Positions 25,360 through 39,109 of a DNA stretch of 64,000 nt are shown here, piece by piece. The notes beneath the pieces are model-generated. The model was not told the DNA's origin. It saw only the letters and a program-made list of their open reading frames with translations, and did no database searches. A program made the translations under genes and the position numbers. This DNA is from Nageia nagi. Its lineage: Eukaryota > Plantae > Pinophyta. Position 1 is the first letter of the stretch, and each line of letters begins with the position of its first letter. The stretch spans positions 72,788,001 through 72,852,000 of the forward strand of contig JBITNC010000001.1 of assembly GCA_050084985.1 (NCBI GenBank), given 5' to 3'.

Positions 25360-28300
25360 TACTAGCATATCTCTTTTTGATACATCAATTGGCTCAAGTT
25401 GTACAATCCCATTAACAAAACTTTGAAGAATTTTATAGGTCCCAACCATTGAGTTTGCAATTTTCCCTTTAAATCCTAATACTTGGAGTCAAAAAATAGA
25501 GCTAATCCTCCATCTTGAAATTGTATTTTCTTCAATTAATTATCATGCCATTCCTTTCTTTAATGTTGTAGTATCTTTGTTAGCTATAACTCCTCCCTTT
25601 TGTATTCATCCAACTCATTTAATTGTAGCATTCTTTTCTTTGAATTTCTGTTAAATTCATACCAACTTCCATAGCTATTTTTAAAGTTTGAATTTCAAAT
25701 TCTATTGGTAATAAGGGCTTCTCACCATATACCAAATCATAGGGAGTAAACCTTGTAGTTGATTCCCATGTAATGTTGTGTGCCCAAACTACCTTAACAA
25801 GTCTGTTAGCCCAATCTTTTTTTATGGGATGCTATAGTTTTTGTAAAAAATTTCTCCAATTCTCTATTGGTAACTTCAACTTGTCCACTAGTTTAAGGAT
25901 GATAAGGGGAAGCTTTCTTATGTACAATCTAATGATGATAAACAAAATGCTTAATCATTTTTGACATAAATTATTGACCTTGATCTAACACGAAGAATCT
26001 AGGGGCTCCAAACCTTTACATAATGTTATTAAGGAGAAAGTCTATTACTTTTTCTTCATTAGCTTATGCAAGAGCTACTAATCCACCCGCTTGGTAACAT
26101 AATCAAGATATATTTCTTTCCTTGAGATGCAAGATTAATAGGCCTAACAAAATCTATCTCATATTGTTCAAATGGTTCCAATAGTACTTGATGATTTAGT
26201 GGCATTTGCATGGTATTTGTAAGTCTCCCCATTCTTTGGCACTGGTCACATTTCTTTATATAATTCTTGAAATACTTATTTAAGGATGGTCAATAGTATC
26301 CTACACCTAAAATTTTGAGAGTTTTCCTTTTATCTACATAATTTTCTCTAATAGGCTCATCATGCTAAGCCCTTAAAATATCATAATCTTCATCCTTCCT
26401 TACACATCTTCTAATAACATTATCTACTACATACTTATACAAGTACCATCTATCCAAGTATAAGTAGCACTCTCCCTTATAAACTATTTATTTTGTCTTG
26501 GAGAAAAATGAGGAGGTAGTCTTTCTGTTACTAAATAATTTGCCATATCTACAAACCAAGGTGATTGTATAGATATGGAAAAAAAACATTCATCAAGAAA
26601 ATAGACCTAAATAGGTTCATCATTTTTTTCACTAATTATTCATGATAAGAAATCTACCACTACATTGGTTTTTCTAGGTTTATGCATAAAATTAACATGA
26701 AATTCTTGAAGTAATACCAACCATCTACTAATCCTTTCACTTACTGCATGTTTTTTCATTAAATACCTAATGTTTGCATGATCTATATGGAAAAATACCT
26801 GATATCCTATAATGTAATGCCTAAACTTGTTAATTACATATACTACTACTAAGAATTCTTTCTCTATGGTAGTATAATTTTTTTCAGCTCTAACTAGGTT
26901 CTTGCTAATGTATTATATGACATAATGTGACTTATCTACATTCTCTTATCCCAATACTTCTCCAATTACATAATTATATGCATTAGAATAAATATGAAAT
27001 GGTAAATACCAATTAGGTCCTCTCAACACTAGATTAGCTATTAGCTTTTGTTTAATTAACTGAAATGAAATTTCACAGTCTTTTGTCCATTCCAACTTAG
27101 CATATTTATGAAGTAGTACCAATAAAGGGGCTTCTATCTTACCAAAGTTTTGGATAAACCTTCTATAGTAACCAACATATTCCAAGAAGCTTCTTACATC
27201 TATCTATTTTTTTGGAATCTGTAGTTGTTCAATTATTTCCACCTTTTTTGGATCCACCTTTATACCTTGGGTTGAGACAGGATGTCCCAACACAATCCCT
27301 TCTTGTATCATCATAAAATACTTTTCAATATTAATGGAAAGGTTATGATCCTTACATATTTGTAACACCCTATCCAAACTATTTAAGGCTTGGTCAAATG
27401 TGTCCCCATAGACTGCAAAGTCATAGAACCTTATAAGCATAAGTACCCCATGCAAAGGTGAAGGTGGTCTTCTTTTCAAATCTTAATCTAATTGTACCCA
27501 CTAAAACCATCCAAAAATGAGAAGTACTTCTTACTAGCAAGTGTATCTAAAACTTGGTCAATGAATGGCAAGGAAAAATGATCTCTATGTGTAACCTTAT
27601 TTAATGCTCTATAATATACACACACTCTCCATTTTCCATTCTTCTTAGGTACTATCACCAAACATGAGACCCACTTACTATCTAAAATAGGAAACATGAA
27701 ATTTACCTTTAGTAATTTCTCAATTTCTTCCTTCACTATATCCCTCAAGGCTACATAATTCTTCTTGTATGTTGCTAAATAGGTCTTGATTCATCAATAT
27801 AAATATGATGTTGACAAATTCTAGGATCTATTCCTTTCATATCACTAGAATCCCATGCAAACACTAATTCATTTTCTTGTAATACTTTTAGTAACTTCAA
27901 TTCTTATTCCTTTGTAAGCCAACTATTAGTATTCAATTGTTTTCCTGGTTGTACTTCAACCAATATAACTTCTTATGTCAGATTACTCCATTCAAAAACT
28001 TGAACTAAATAATTCAAAGGAAAATTATGAGGAAAGAGTGAATGATATAATTTTGTCCTTTCCCTAAAAATTTCACCTCTTGGAACAATGTGAGTAAGAG
28101 GACATTTAAATAATGACAAAAAATTTGCTTGTTGATTAGACAACACATTAAAGACCATTTCCTACAAATGTGATCTTTAAGACTCCCCAACTTGGAATGT
28201 TTCTCCTACTTCTCCATTTTCTAGAGATGAAGATGTTTCTTCCAATTATTCAATATGCTCCTTGATATTAATAGTAGATGGACATGAAAAGTTCTCAAGT

Positions 28301-28900
28301 TCATTATATTCTAGTTCATCCACCCATAACTGACCTTGATACTTAAGAGTGTGTTATACATGAGGACACAAAGAGATGGTCTTAGAGTTTTGACCATCTA
28401 TAATTATCATATCACTTGATCTATAGTTGATGTAAGTAGCTATTATAGCTAACCATGATCTTTCCAAAATTATTATATATCCATTATGAGATCTAATCTT
28501 CAAGATCAAGAAATTAGCTAGATAATCCCATTATTCCATAGTGATTTGGATATCTTCAAAGATACCTTTAGGCTTAATAATTGATTGATCTTCCATTTGT
28601 AACATAGTAGGTGTAGGATGCATTCCCAATAACGCAATCTTTTTGGACATTTATACAATCATCATGTTAATGGTTGCTCCTAGATCAACTAATACATTTG
28701 AAATTTTTGAATCTCCAATTAGAATAGTAATAATAAGGTTTCCTAGATCACCATACTTGGGGTTTATTATCTTACCTAAGATTACATTTTCCAATTTACC
28801 ATCTACTTGAATAGTTTTTGGGTATAACTTCTTTCTTCTTCCTAGCTTTTGAATATAGAGTTCTTTTACCAAATTATTAAGTTTTGGTACCTCCTTATTT
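25360..28900 (-). pseudogene. pol: pol (protease, RT, RNase H, integrase), disrupted
   Basis: VLVDLGATIN protease; RT ORFs 27488-27748 and 27204-27479; YYRRFIQNF; YTTIEKEFL; integrase GYYWPS-like, CDQCQRMG, DFVRP, TGFTP-like and GPY motifs. Confidence 0.9.
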
Positions 28901-29058
28901 GCTTATAAAATAGTTACTGATATGTTCAACTTCTTTAGTTCCCTTAATAATTCTAATTCCTTATTATCATACTAAACCTCTAATCTATCAAGGTATGGAT
29001 TCACCTCCTTATTTTCACTTTTTTGTACTTTAATATTAGTTTGACCAAGTTGTTTTGA

Positions 29059-29177
29059 TATGCTAATATCTTCATCATCTTGTGTCTCAGTGATTATGGT
29101 GGTGCTAGTTCACATAATATGCTAATATTTTCATCATCATATGTCTTAATGACTATTAGTGGATCTAATTCACATAA
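29059..29177. repeat. About 60-bp tandem duplication between gag and protease
   Basis: ATATGCTAATAT.TTCATCATC..GTCT...TGA.TAT..GTGG..CTA.TTCACATAA occurs twice. Confidence 0.8.
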
Positions 29178-29399
29178 CTTCTTTCCATACCTTAACTATA
29201 TTTCATAAAGATCAATGGCACTAAGTGCTATAGTATTATCTTATTCTCCTTCATAGGAAAGTGTAGAAATTTGCCTTTTTTTTTTAATTTAGAACAAGTT
29301 AAGTAGGTAAAGCTATTATCTTTGGCATTTGTTGATTCTAATTTGATACTTGCTGAACTGGTCCTATTAATAAAGCTTATTATTGATTCCATTAGTTCC

Positions 29400-30900
29400 A
29401 TAATCTTTGTTGATTTTGATTTCAATTAGCTTGGATGTTTTTATACTAATTTTGATTCCAATTGGGTTGAGTGGTCTAATTCCAATTGGGTTAGATCTTT
29501 TGATTCTAATTGGGTTAACTATTCTAATTCCAATTAGTCTATTACTAGGGTGGTGACCCCATTGATTCTATGGAAATTGGAACCAATCTTAATTTAGTGG
29601 AAAATATGAACCATATGGTCTTATTTGATATGAATATGGCATATTCCATGTTGGTTGCATCAATCTCATCTGATTTTGGATTGGAGGATTCATCATCTAT
29701 CTAATGTAATTTGCCTTAAATACCATATTTTCCATTGATATTTAAGATATGATCATACATTCACAATTGTTAGTAACATGAATTTCATTACATAGACTAC
29801 AAATTTTAGTCTTATTCAAAGGGAACTCATGTAATGCATGCTTCTTTTTGCATCTTGGACAATATATTACCAATGGTTCTTCTACCTTCTTTGCCTTTAA
29901 AGTTTTAGTTAATTCTTTTAATTAATTCAAATCTTTAAGGATATCTATTTTAAAATTTACAAGTTCCTCAATCAACGTGTTAACAACTTCTAATTCATTT
30001 TGAGCTTTAGCTTTTCTTGAAGATGTCCTTATTCTTGAGTAATTCCTCCATAACTCAACTATGTCATCCAAAGGAAGTGGGGTGACATTACCTTTTCCCA
30101 TCAAATTGAGAACATTTAATGATGAATTTATTATGCCCCTTAGGAAAATGGTTTTTACCAAATCTAGATCTATTATTGTTCCATATCTATTTTAAATAAA
30201 AAGAAATATATCCAGATAATCTTATAATCTTTCTTCATCTCCTTGTTTAATTTGAAAAAGTTCATCTTTTCTATCTTTTACTCTATAGTATTCTTGGTAT
30301 TTATCTAGAAACACTCTCTCCATTTCAGCCCATGTGGTGATGGAATCTGGAGCTAACCCCATGAACCATCTTAATGCATTATATTTCAAAGTGGATGGAA
30401 AAAGTTACAATTTTTTACTACCATTTTCATATTCATATGTTTTGCAAAGTAACTTAAATTCAAATAAGAACTGATTAGGATCTTCAATAAATAGTCCTCT
30501 AAATTTTGGTAATATCATAGGTGAGATGTTATTCATAAGTGCACTAGTTGTAATATTAATTACTATAGGAGAAGTGAAGGTTCTATTTTGAGGATTACCA
30601 CTAGTACCTACACTCCCCAATACTCCTGATCCACCAAACATATTGAAAAGTGGATTTGAAAATATTAATATCCTTATCTGGGAAGGATTAGTTTAACTAT
30701 GACCTTTAGAACTACTCAAAGAACTTGATGAAGATATATTATAAATTCCTCTTTATTGTGATGATGGAGAATCAATAGGACTTTTTCTTTGGGAATTATC
30801 AAAATAATTCTCTTCAATACTAATGTCAACAACTTCTTCATTTTTAGGAATAATATTTGTTGTCTCACTAATGAAACTTTGTGAATGTTGTTCAAGTTCT
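29400..30900 (-). pseudogene. gag: Athila-type gag, disrupted
   Basis: ILPKFRGLFIEDPNQFLFEF...FPSTLKYNALRWFMGLAPDSITTWAEMERVFL; CPRCKKKHALHE and CSLCNEIHVTNNC knuckles. Confidence 0.85.
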
Positions 30901-32849
30901 AATACTAAATTTTCAACAACCAAACCACTCAATTCTATTTCTTTAGCTTATGCAGTGCTATGGCTCCTCTTGTTCCAAGGGTTAGTTTTCTAAGAGGTTT
31001 TTTGCTATTGTTCTAACTCTACCTCTTCTAATATCTCTACCTTTAGTACTAATAAACCTTTCTCTTTCATCTCTAGGTCACCACATCCATCTTAACTGAT
31101 AAAAATTAAATAATTCATAAATCATTTATATAGAAACTTCCAAGATAAGTTAATACTCTTGATCAATTGGGAAAAAGAGATATTAAAAATTTAGAGTTGT
31201 AATCAACTAATGACTAGTAAAGCTATAAATATTGAGTTGTGGTTGAGAGCTATTTTCTTGTCAATATCTAGTTTAAATCAAATTGCAAAATCAATAGGAT
31301 CACTATCAAGTCATGATTTTCTTGAGATTTCTTCTTTATACATAGAGGAGATGTGATAGTACATAATTTCTATATGATACTAGATAAAAACTTAACTTAG
31401 GAAATTTTGAGAATTGATTGAATCAACATTGTGGTTCTCTTTCTAGATGATGAATTTACATACATGTCTAACAAATTAGGGACCAATTTGATGGTGATAT
31501 CAATTAAAAGGGAGAAGAAATAAGCATAAAAAAAATCCTCTCCCAAGTTATCAGTACAGGATAAAGAAATTACTAGAATAGCAACCCAAAGTAGAGCTAT
31601 AAAGCCAAAGGGTCAAAGTGTAGTAGGGGTGAAATCTTCAATGAAAAAGAAGGAAGAAATTAGTAAGAGAAATATTTTGAAGGAGAGTTTGGCTCCCAAT
31701 AAAGAAAATAAAAAATTCAAAAGAAATACATCCATATTCATTTATCTAGAGGTAGTCCAGATACCTAAAAGTTTTAAAATTAGGGAATCATGTTTCAAAA
31801 ATAGGGTAATTCTAAATTGAATGCTATGAAGTATTCCTAGGAAAGTAAGAAACAAGATAGGGGTAAGGTCAACATCAATTTCAAGCATACAAACACTCAA
31901 GTGTCAAGTTATAATATTACATAAGGATAACGCAAGCTAGAAGTATGCCTTGACATATCAAAGAAATAGAGTACAAGAGCAAAGGATAAGTCACAGTTGT
32001 AGGTAGATAAGGAGGCCTTTTTCAATAAGTGGAGTGTACCTATGAGTAAGGATTCATAAAGCATTATGATTCCTGAGGGAGAGTAAAATGTGGTACCAAA
32101 AAAGGATCCAAAGATCAAGCCCTTGGATGATGAGTAGGATTTAAGGAGATGTAAAGAAATAGAGAAAGATAAAGAGTTGGAATAGGGTATCAAGTCAAAA
32201 GGATCATAGAGTGTAGCCAAAAATAATAAAGAGAAAAATAAGCTGAATGAGGTGCCATTGGGTAAAGTGGTAATAATCCCAATCCAAAAAGGTTTCAAGT
32301 TAAAATTGGTAGTATTAAAGCCCCACAAAGACAAGCTAATCCATAAAAGAATGCTTGCCAAAGAAATGTTACTCATAGGAGCATATAGTTAAGTGTTTGA
32401 GGCAATTGGTGACAATCATTCTTTTGAGAAAAGGATCTCCCAAGCTTAATATGTAGCTTTCTACAAACACCATTACATGGTTCTATCATTTCATTAGCTT
32501 TGTAAAGTTGGTTGGTTTATTTTTTGTAGCTTTTATTTCAAACAAGTTAGAATATGTCCTAGCTTTTATAATAGTTTATGCAAGGTAAAATAAGATGAAA
32601 TGTGATCAGATATCTATAATTATGGTTACCTTTTCGTAGTTAGCAGTGTAAATCAATGATATATTGCTAAACTATGTAATGTTTTGGAGGACTTTTCAAA
32701 ATTCCAACTTTTTTTTATTAATACAACATTTACCCCTATTAATAAAAAAAATAGATAAGAAAGTCAAAGAAGTAATAATCATAATATTACATCTCTTACC
32801 AAGGTTATTGAAATCACCAAACTTTTATTCAATGACAAGCAAAAAGAAG

Positions 32850-33450
32850 AGGATTTTGATGGATATTTTAATAGTCTTGTCTAAGATGTCCCCATGTTTG
32901 ATATATTCATTAAAGAGAGAGATATAAGGTAATATCTCATCAATTTTAGAGAGGAATACTTGTAAAATCTTGGGATTGAGAAAATGTTAATGATCAAGTT
33001 CTTCCTTCAAATTCTCAAAGTTAATATAAGTGAATGTCTGTTCTAAAATATTTAAAATAGATCAATTGATCAATGATGTTGTCAAAGTTTTTATGGAACA
33101 ATATAAACACAACATAAGAAGCATGGTGAAAGTGAAAAATCTATGTACATTGTATCAAGGATATAGTGAGCAGTTGGACAAGTTCATCCCATAATTTAAA
33201 AAGTTATGGTAATCCACCAAAGGTATCTTAGATGAAGATGAAGTTGATAAAATTTTTGGGATGCTATCTTGCCATATTTGAAAGAACATACATATATTAC
33301 ATAGATCAAGGAGTTGGAATAATAAGATAATGTTATAAAAAGAGAAATTTTTTATAACTTATATCTAATTATATATTTAAGGAAATAAAATAACCAATAG
33401 TTAAAGCTCCAAATATAAAAAGGTACATCCCTCAAGAAGAAGAAGGTCAA
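32850..33450 (+). pseudogene. gag: Isolated Retrotrans_gag fragment
   Basis: MIKFFLQILK...DVVKVFMEQYKHNI...KNLCTLYQGYSEQLDKFIP*FKKLW. Confidence 0.6.
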
Positions 33451-34021
33451 CCTTCAACTAAAATAGAAATTACTTACTTGATACATTGATTTACTCCCCA
33501 CTATTTTTATTTCAATAGAAAAAAATAATAGCACTATTATATACTCCTACAATAACTCCAATTTATAAAAAAAAAAACACAAAAGAAAAGATCTTATAGC
33601 AAAAACCATTAGAAGCACTATAGGCACAAAGGTGAAGATTAAAACAAGTCTTGGTTGTATTTCTATCTATGGAAAAATAAATCCATTTATGAAAACTAAA
33701 TTCTTGGCACAAATAGAAAAGTATTTTTCAAAAACTAGGTGACTACTAGGAAATACTTGTAAAAAAAATCAGAAAAGAAAAAAAATAAATACTACAAAAC
33801 AAGTGTAGGCAGTTTTTGTTAGAATTTTAATAATACATTAGATATTATATATATTAAAATAATACATTAGTATTATTACTAATATTAAAATTAATTATTA
33901 GGGTTTAGAGGTAGTTGAATACATTATTATTCTATAGTAATATAATTCTTGATACTCTTTGTATTTAAACCCATATTCTCATAATGTAATGTTCACTTCA
34001 AATTTCTCTGCATTTTTGAGA

Positions 34022-34035
34022 TGGTGTTAGAGTGG
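34022..34035 (+). promoter_or_regulatory. Possible degenerate tRNA-iMet PBS after an LTR-like segment
   Basis: TGGTGTTAGAGTGG versus TGGTATCAGAGC; no partner LTR found. Confidence 0.3.
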
Positions 34036-34249
34036 GTTCAAGAGTAACATGGTCTTCCTTGCTACCACAAACTTAGTGAAGAGAGTTACCTTGAAAACTT
34101 TCTTAATCTACTAAAATTAATCTACCTTGAAAGGGATGGTTTATTTCAACCAACACATGACTAAGGGATGATATCTTATTAAGATAAAAATTTGAAGTTC
34201 TATTAAAAAATGAAGATCCTATGTTCTTTCTTTTTTATTTGAAACTATT

Positions 34250-35990
34250 TCTTTAAACTTAATTGATCATCAATTTTGCATTTATTAGATAAATTAAATT
34301 ATGAATTTCTAACTCTTTCTTGGCTATAATTAACCCATGTACTACATAGCCTCATATTATGAAATGTAATTTGTACAATGAAAAGTAAATCTTATATAGT
34401 AAGCTTTTCTAGAACCATTTGGTACAATGAACACTACAATGAATCCATTTCCATCTAGATATTTACTTCTAACAAAATATATTTTCTAGATATCATTGAT
34501 GTCTATTGATCTCTTCTATTCTTCTTATAAATCATGATAACTCTCTATTTATCTTTCTTAAAAGAATGTAGCAAATTGTATGTAATAACTTTGAATCTAT
34601 AGGTGATAAAGAAGTTTTCTCCTTTTTCTTTTATTTTTCCTTCATCTTCTATTATTCCTTTATTTGCATCAAAATTTTATGAATTTCTACTTATTAAAGC
34701 ATATTTCTATATTTTTTGATATTCCCTAAAGACTGGTGCTTGAATAAGGATATAAAATTATCTTTGTAATATTTATCAATAATCTCATTAGGAACATAAT
34801 TTTTACAAGAGTTACTAACCTTAGAGAATAATTTAATAGTTCATCATTCATGGTTCTTGACTCTACCAAATTGTTATAAATATGATAACCCACATCTATG
34901 GGTATTTTAATAACACTAGATTTCATTGCTAATTATAAATGTTCATTGATGCAATATTTTTCTCATGAATTTTAAAAATATCATTTTATCTCCTACAAAC
35001 TATGTCAACTTCATTGATGAAACATCCTCTCCATAAATTTTGATATAAGAAACATTTGGTTCCTCTAAATAAAATTGTGCATGATCTTTAATCACATAAA
35101 TGGTTGTTTGAGAAATCATAGGAACTTGATCAGGTTATTTCAATTCTCTGATAATCATAAATTTGTAATTATCATTTTGCATCCTAACATCATCCCATTT
35201 ATTTTTTGTTATGTTACTATGGATATGCCATATACACATGTAATTCTAATATCAAAATTTAATCTTTTTGCCTTACATCCTAAGGTTTGTTCTTACTATA
35301 CAATAATAAAAATATTATATATGAATTCTTGTAGAACTGAAAAAGTATAAACAAATGTAGGTAATTTTACTATTATCAATGTATTACTAAAGACTACACT
35401 CCATTGAATCTTGATGTTATCACAAATTATAAATAAATTAACTATAAACCTATAATTAAATTTCTCATTTTAATCTTCACCAATGACCCTACATAATAGT
35501 CTTATCAATTTGCTAGTTACATCTTCAAATTTTATCTTTGTATTGCAACTATCTTTTGATGATTCAATATTTGGTGTGTGTGGATTTATCCAAGACTAAA
35601 TTATGTTGGTTGATTTTGAAGTCTTATTATACATCTTGTTTGATTTTGCAATTGAATATAAAACTCCCATATTTTACCATATAAAATTTTTGTATTCCTC
35701 TTATTGAGAAATCAACAATTATCTCTTCACTATCATCTAATACCTTTCTTCTTTCAAAGTCACAATGTGCAGCTACTTCAAGGATTAAATCTGGAAACCT
35801 TATTGTAAATGAAATGACTTCTTCCTTGAACATTAATCTTGAATAATATACAAGATCTTGTTTCTTTTTATCTTTATCCATTTTGAGAGCATTATCCAAT
35901 ATTGTATCTATGTCATTTTTGGAGTAATACATATATTTGATCTTCAAAAGGCTAATGAAATATTTCTTTTGGCCTTATGTTCCCATATTT
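34250..35990 (-). pseudogene. Retrotransposon accessory ORF remnant of unknown function
   Basis: ORF 35627-35947 (FPDLILEVAAHCDFERRKVLDDSEEIIVDFS) and further frame-broken, coiled-coil-like sequence; resembles gymnosperm Ty3 accessory ORFs. Confidence 0.45.
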
Positions 35991-37149
35991 TCTTAGCTCT
36001 ATTATGCTAACTTTCATTAGTCCTTTTATTTCTTTTTCATCTTGTTTTCACATCTTACAAATTACATAATAATATATTTTTAGCTATTGATTAGTCACCA
36101 ATACATTGATTCATGTATGCAAATATACAATCAATGAGAATTAAGTTTATGGTTATAATATCAATAATTACTAATATGTTAATAAAAAAATGGTGTAAAC
36201 ATAAGTCAAGCTTTTCTATAATAGTTCACAACTTATATATTACATATATATTGAGGAAAGAAAATTTATCATCATTGCTTCAATGGTGATTTTATGAGTA
36301 CTTTTTTTGGAACATCAAATATCTTGATACAAATATAGTAAAATGAGCCAAGGTTATTTTCTAGGGATCAACCCAAAAAAAAAACTTAGAGAAACCAAGG
36401 CAAATTAGTTCCAAAATTTGGGTGAAATATACCCTCTAAAATAAAAGGTGTAAGTGGATACATACCATATGCTAATTGTTTAGTAATTAGATACATAAAA
36501 TTAATAATTTTCTATAATTTTAGGGTGAATGACCCCTCTTCTAAGGGTGCAAATATTAGCCATTTAAAAATATTAAAATCCTATTTTTTTCTTGTAAGAG
36601 AATAAGAATTTATTAGCTGCTAAGAAAAATACTGAAATGAACACTTGGTGATCCCTATTGTCAAGAACAAAATAGAGAAAAATAATCTCTCCTTACTAGG
36701 GATACAAAATTTGAAATAAATATTCTAAGTGTACACCGCTAGGGATGAAATATAATATAAAAAAGATCAACATGAAAAATTGTGATGTGTATAACATATT
36801 TTCTTACTAAGGGTATAAGAGTATAAGCAAATAATCTTGCAACACATAATTAGGATCAATATAAGGAAACACACTTAGCATTGATATATTTTATATTTTC
36901 CATATTTATTCTTTAAGAATTTGTGATGTCTTATATGGGAATAAGTAGTAACAAAAACCTTTTATTCATATTCATGAATTAATCATCCATGATCCTGATA
37001 TATTTTTTTCTATTTTACCCTACATGGCACACTTGTGTTGTGTATATTTTTTTTTCTTTATATAGGGTTTCTAAAACCTTTCTTTACAAAGTGTTTATAG
37101 ATATTTAATGAAGTATATATGAAATAAATTATATTCCTATTCCAATTTG

Positions 37150-37943
37150 ACCTAGGAAAAAGTAGGTATTAAAGGAGCCATACAAGAGTTTATTACTATA
37201 GTAACCATAGCTTCCTATGGACCTCATAGCTCATGGGTTCTTCTCATCTTTAAAAAAAAAAAAAGTATGGTCATCATTTCACAACCTAATATCTATCTAT
37301 TCCAAATCATGTAATGCTTTTAGGTTTGCAATGTGCTTCTACATTTAATGCTCCCAAGCTAATATCTTTGCATTCTAGACTCATAATCCTTTATATCTTC
37401 ATATTTCAAATCAAATTTACCTTCGAGATTATTATCCATTTTAATAAGTTAAATTGGGATTTTTTAGTTCATAATCATCTCAATGGATTTGTGTTTCTCA
37501 CCTAGAGTAGCCTACATATTTGTTTGGGCTTGTTCTTCAAATATATTTCATGTTAAGGATTTTGTTGAGTGTGTAAAAATAGTTGATGTTGGTACCTCCT
37601 CCACTTTAGAGATGTTGATAGATTAAAAATTAACCAAGTCAACATTTTTTTAGATTCAAAAGTCTCCCTTTAAGGTACATTAAGATTTTTATTTTCATTT
37701 TCCATAGAGTTGGAATCCAATATGTCTTTAGCCCTATAGGGTCCTTTACTACCATATCTATTTCAATCAATTTGTACTTGATAATACTAGTATAATCCTC
37801 AATCACCCCAACTTGCCTTGGAAAATTGACCTTTTATGACCATATTGTCGGCATTCAAAACAATGCAAGGAAAAATTCTTATATTCAATTTTTTGAATCC
37901 ATTCACCTTATTTTTAGTACAACTTAATGGAATTTAGCCAAGG
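37150..37943 (+). mobile_element. Highly degenerate Ty3/gypsy RH-INT remnant (host of element A', left part)
   Basis: Faint motifs QEFITIV..WTS*LMG, GHHFT, HVKDFVECV, VDRL; continues after 47569. Confidence 0.35.
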
Positions 37944-38618
37944 TGTAGACCCTAAATAATGTGAATTAATTGTTAATGGAGTTAATTAATTGCACTATTT
38001 GGCCTATTTATTTATTGATATAAAGAATGAATATGAAGATAGATGATTAAGCATACAAGTTCATTTCATTGACATTCATATCCAATTGATTAAGGAAATA
38101 CACACATCAAGAAAAAGTAATATAACATACATAAGCATGACATTGGTGCCCTAATAATAGTACACCACCAACATCATGAAATAGAGAGAATCGAGAGTGC
38201 AATGAAAAATAAAATGGCAAGTGAATAAATGATTTATCAATATAAAAAAAGTATGATAATGTTTGAGATGAGAAATTTGATTATTATAAATAAGAAGCCT
38301 TTTGCAAAGGTTTTCTTTGCAAATGACATTTAATTCCTTGATTTCTCTATCCAATATTCAGTTGATAGAGCCTTGGGTCTTCTACAATCTGCCCCTTATC
38401 TAATCTTCTTTTGATGATAATCCCATCATTCATATTTGTATGTCTTAAATGCCTTTATATAAGGATGCTTATTTTATAGATTTGACCCTTGTACATGCCA
38501 TAAGGGTCAAATACATGGCCTACACCTTTCTTATACATTTTAATCCCTTTTTAAATGATACATTATTAAAGGATTAAATAATTTATTAAATACATAAAGG
38601 TTCATTTTAGCATCTACA
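37944..38618 (-). repeat. 3' LTR of A' (675 bp)
   Basis: Direct repeat of 46888-47564; the ORF-track peptides 38151-38354 and 46947-47180 share INHLF..HFIFHCTLDSLY. Confidence 0.95.
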
Positions 38619-38630
38619 TTTGCCCTTTTG
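38619..38630 (-). promoter_or_regulatory. Polypurine tract of A'
   Basis: Minus strand CAAAAGGGCAAA immediately before TGTAGATG. Confidence 0.7.
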
Positions 38631-39109
38631 ATGTGTGATTGAAAATGAATGATGTCCAAAGAGAGTGTTGCTAAGATATAGAAGAAATATTTTGATCCTT
38701 TTGATATTGATTGAATGATGATGAGGTCCTTATGTACCCCCTCTTTACTTGGTTTACTAGGAAAATCCTAAGTAGAGTAGCCAAGAAAAAGATGCTAAGA
38801 ATTATCTTCAAGAATACTATTTAGATGATGTTTAATGATTATAGAAATCCATATTTGAGGCTTGATATGAAGATATGATGTGCCTCCTTTATACTATTTC
38901 ATCATGAATCTAGTCATTCTATTGTGTTAATACTTGAGAAGCTAATGCACTTATGTCCATGCTCAAAATAGAGCAGTGATGGTTTGGATAAGTGGAAATA
39001 GAAATGAAAGTACATTGTTGGTGGCTAAATATAGTGAGCATGATGTTGGTGCCCTATTTTTAGCTATGTTCCTGCTAGAGCTAAGACCTACATGATATGT
39101 TATTCATAA

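Larger units (their letters stand above)
23159..31100 (-). mobile_element. Athila-like Ty3/gypsy internal region (gag-PR-RT-RH-INT plus 3' extra ORF); LTRs not seen
   Basis: Ty3 domain order. RT fragment FPILDSKWVSCLVIVPKKNGKWRVCV...DHFSLPFIDQVL...FSFLDGFSGYN is Athila-type. Confidence 0.85.

Noticed and set aside
31200-31520. Copia RNase H end plus AAAGGGAGAAG purine tract
   Set aside because: Motif resemblance is too weak to support a call by eye.
31909-32376. Longest ORF (155 aa) as a real membrane protein gene
   Set aside because: It is the S/L/F-rich antisense shadow of a purine-rich, decayed plus-strand ORF; no recognisable domain.
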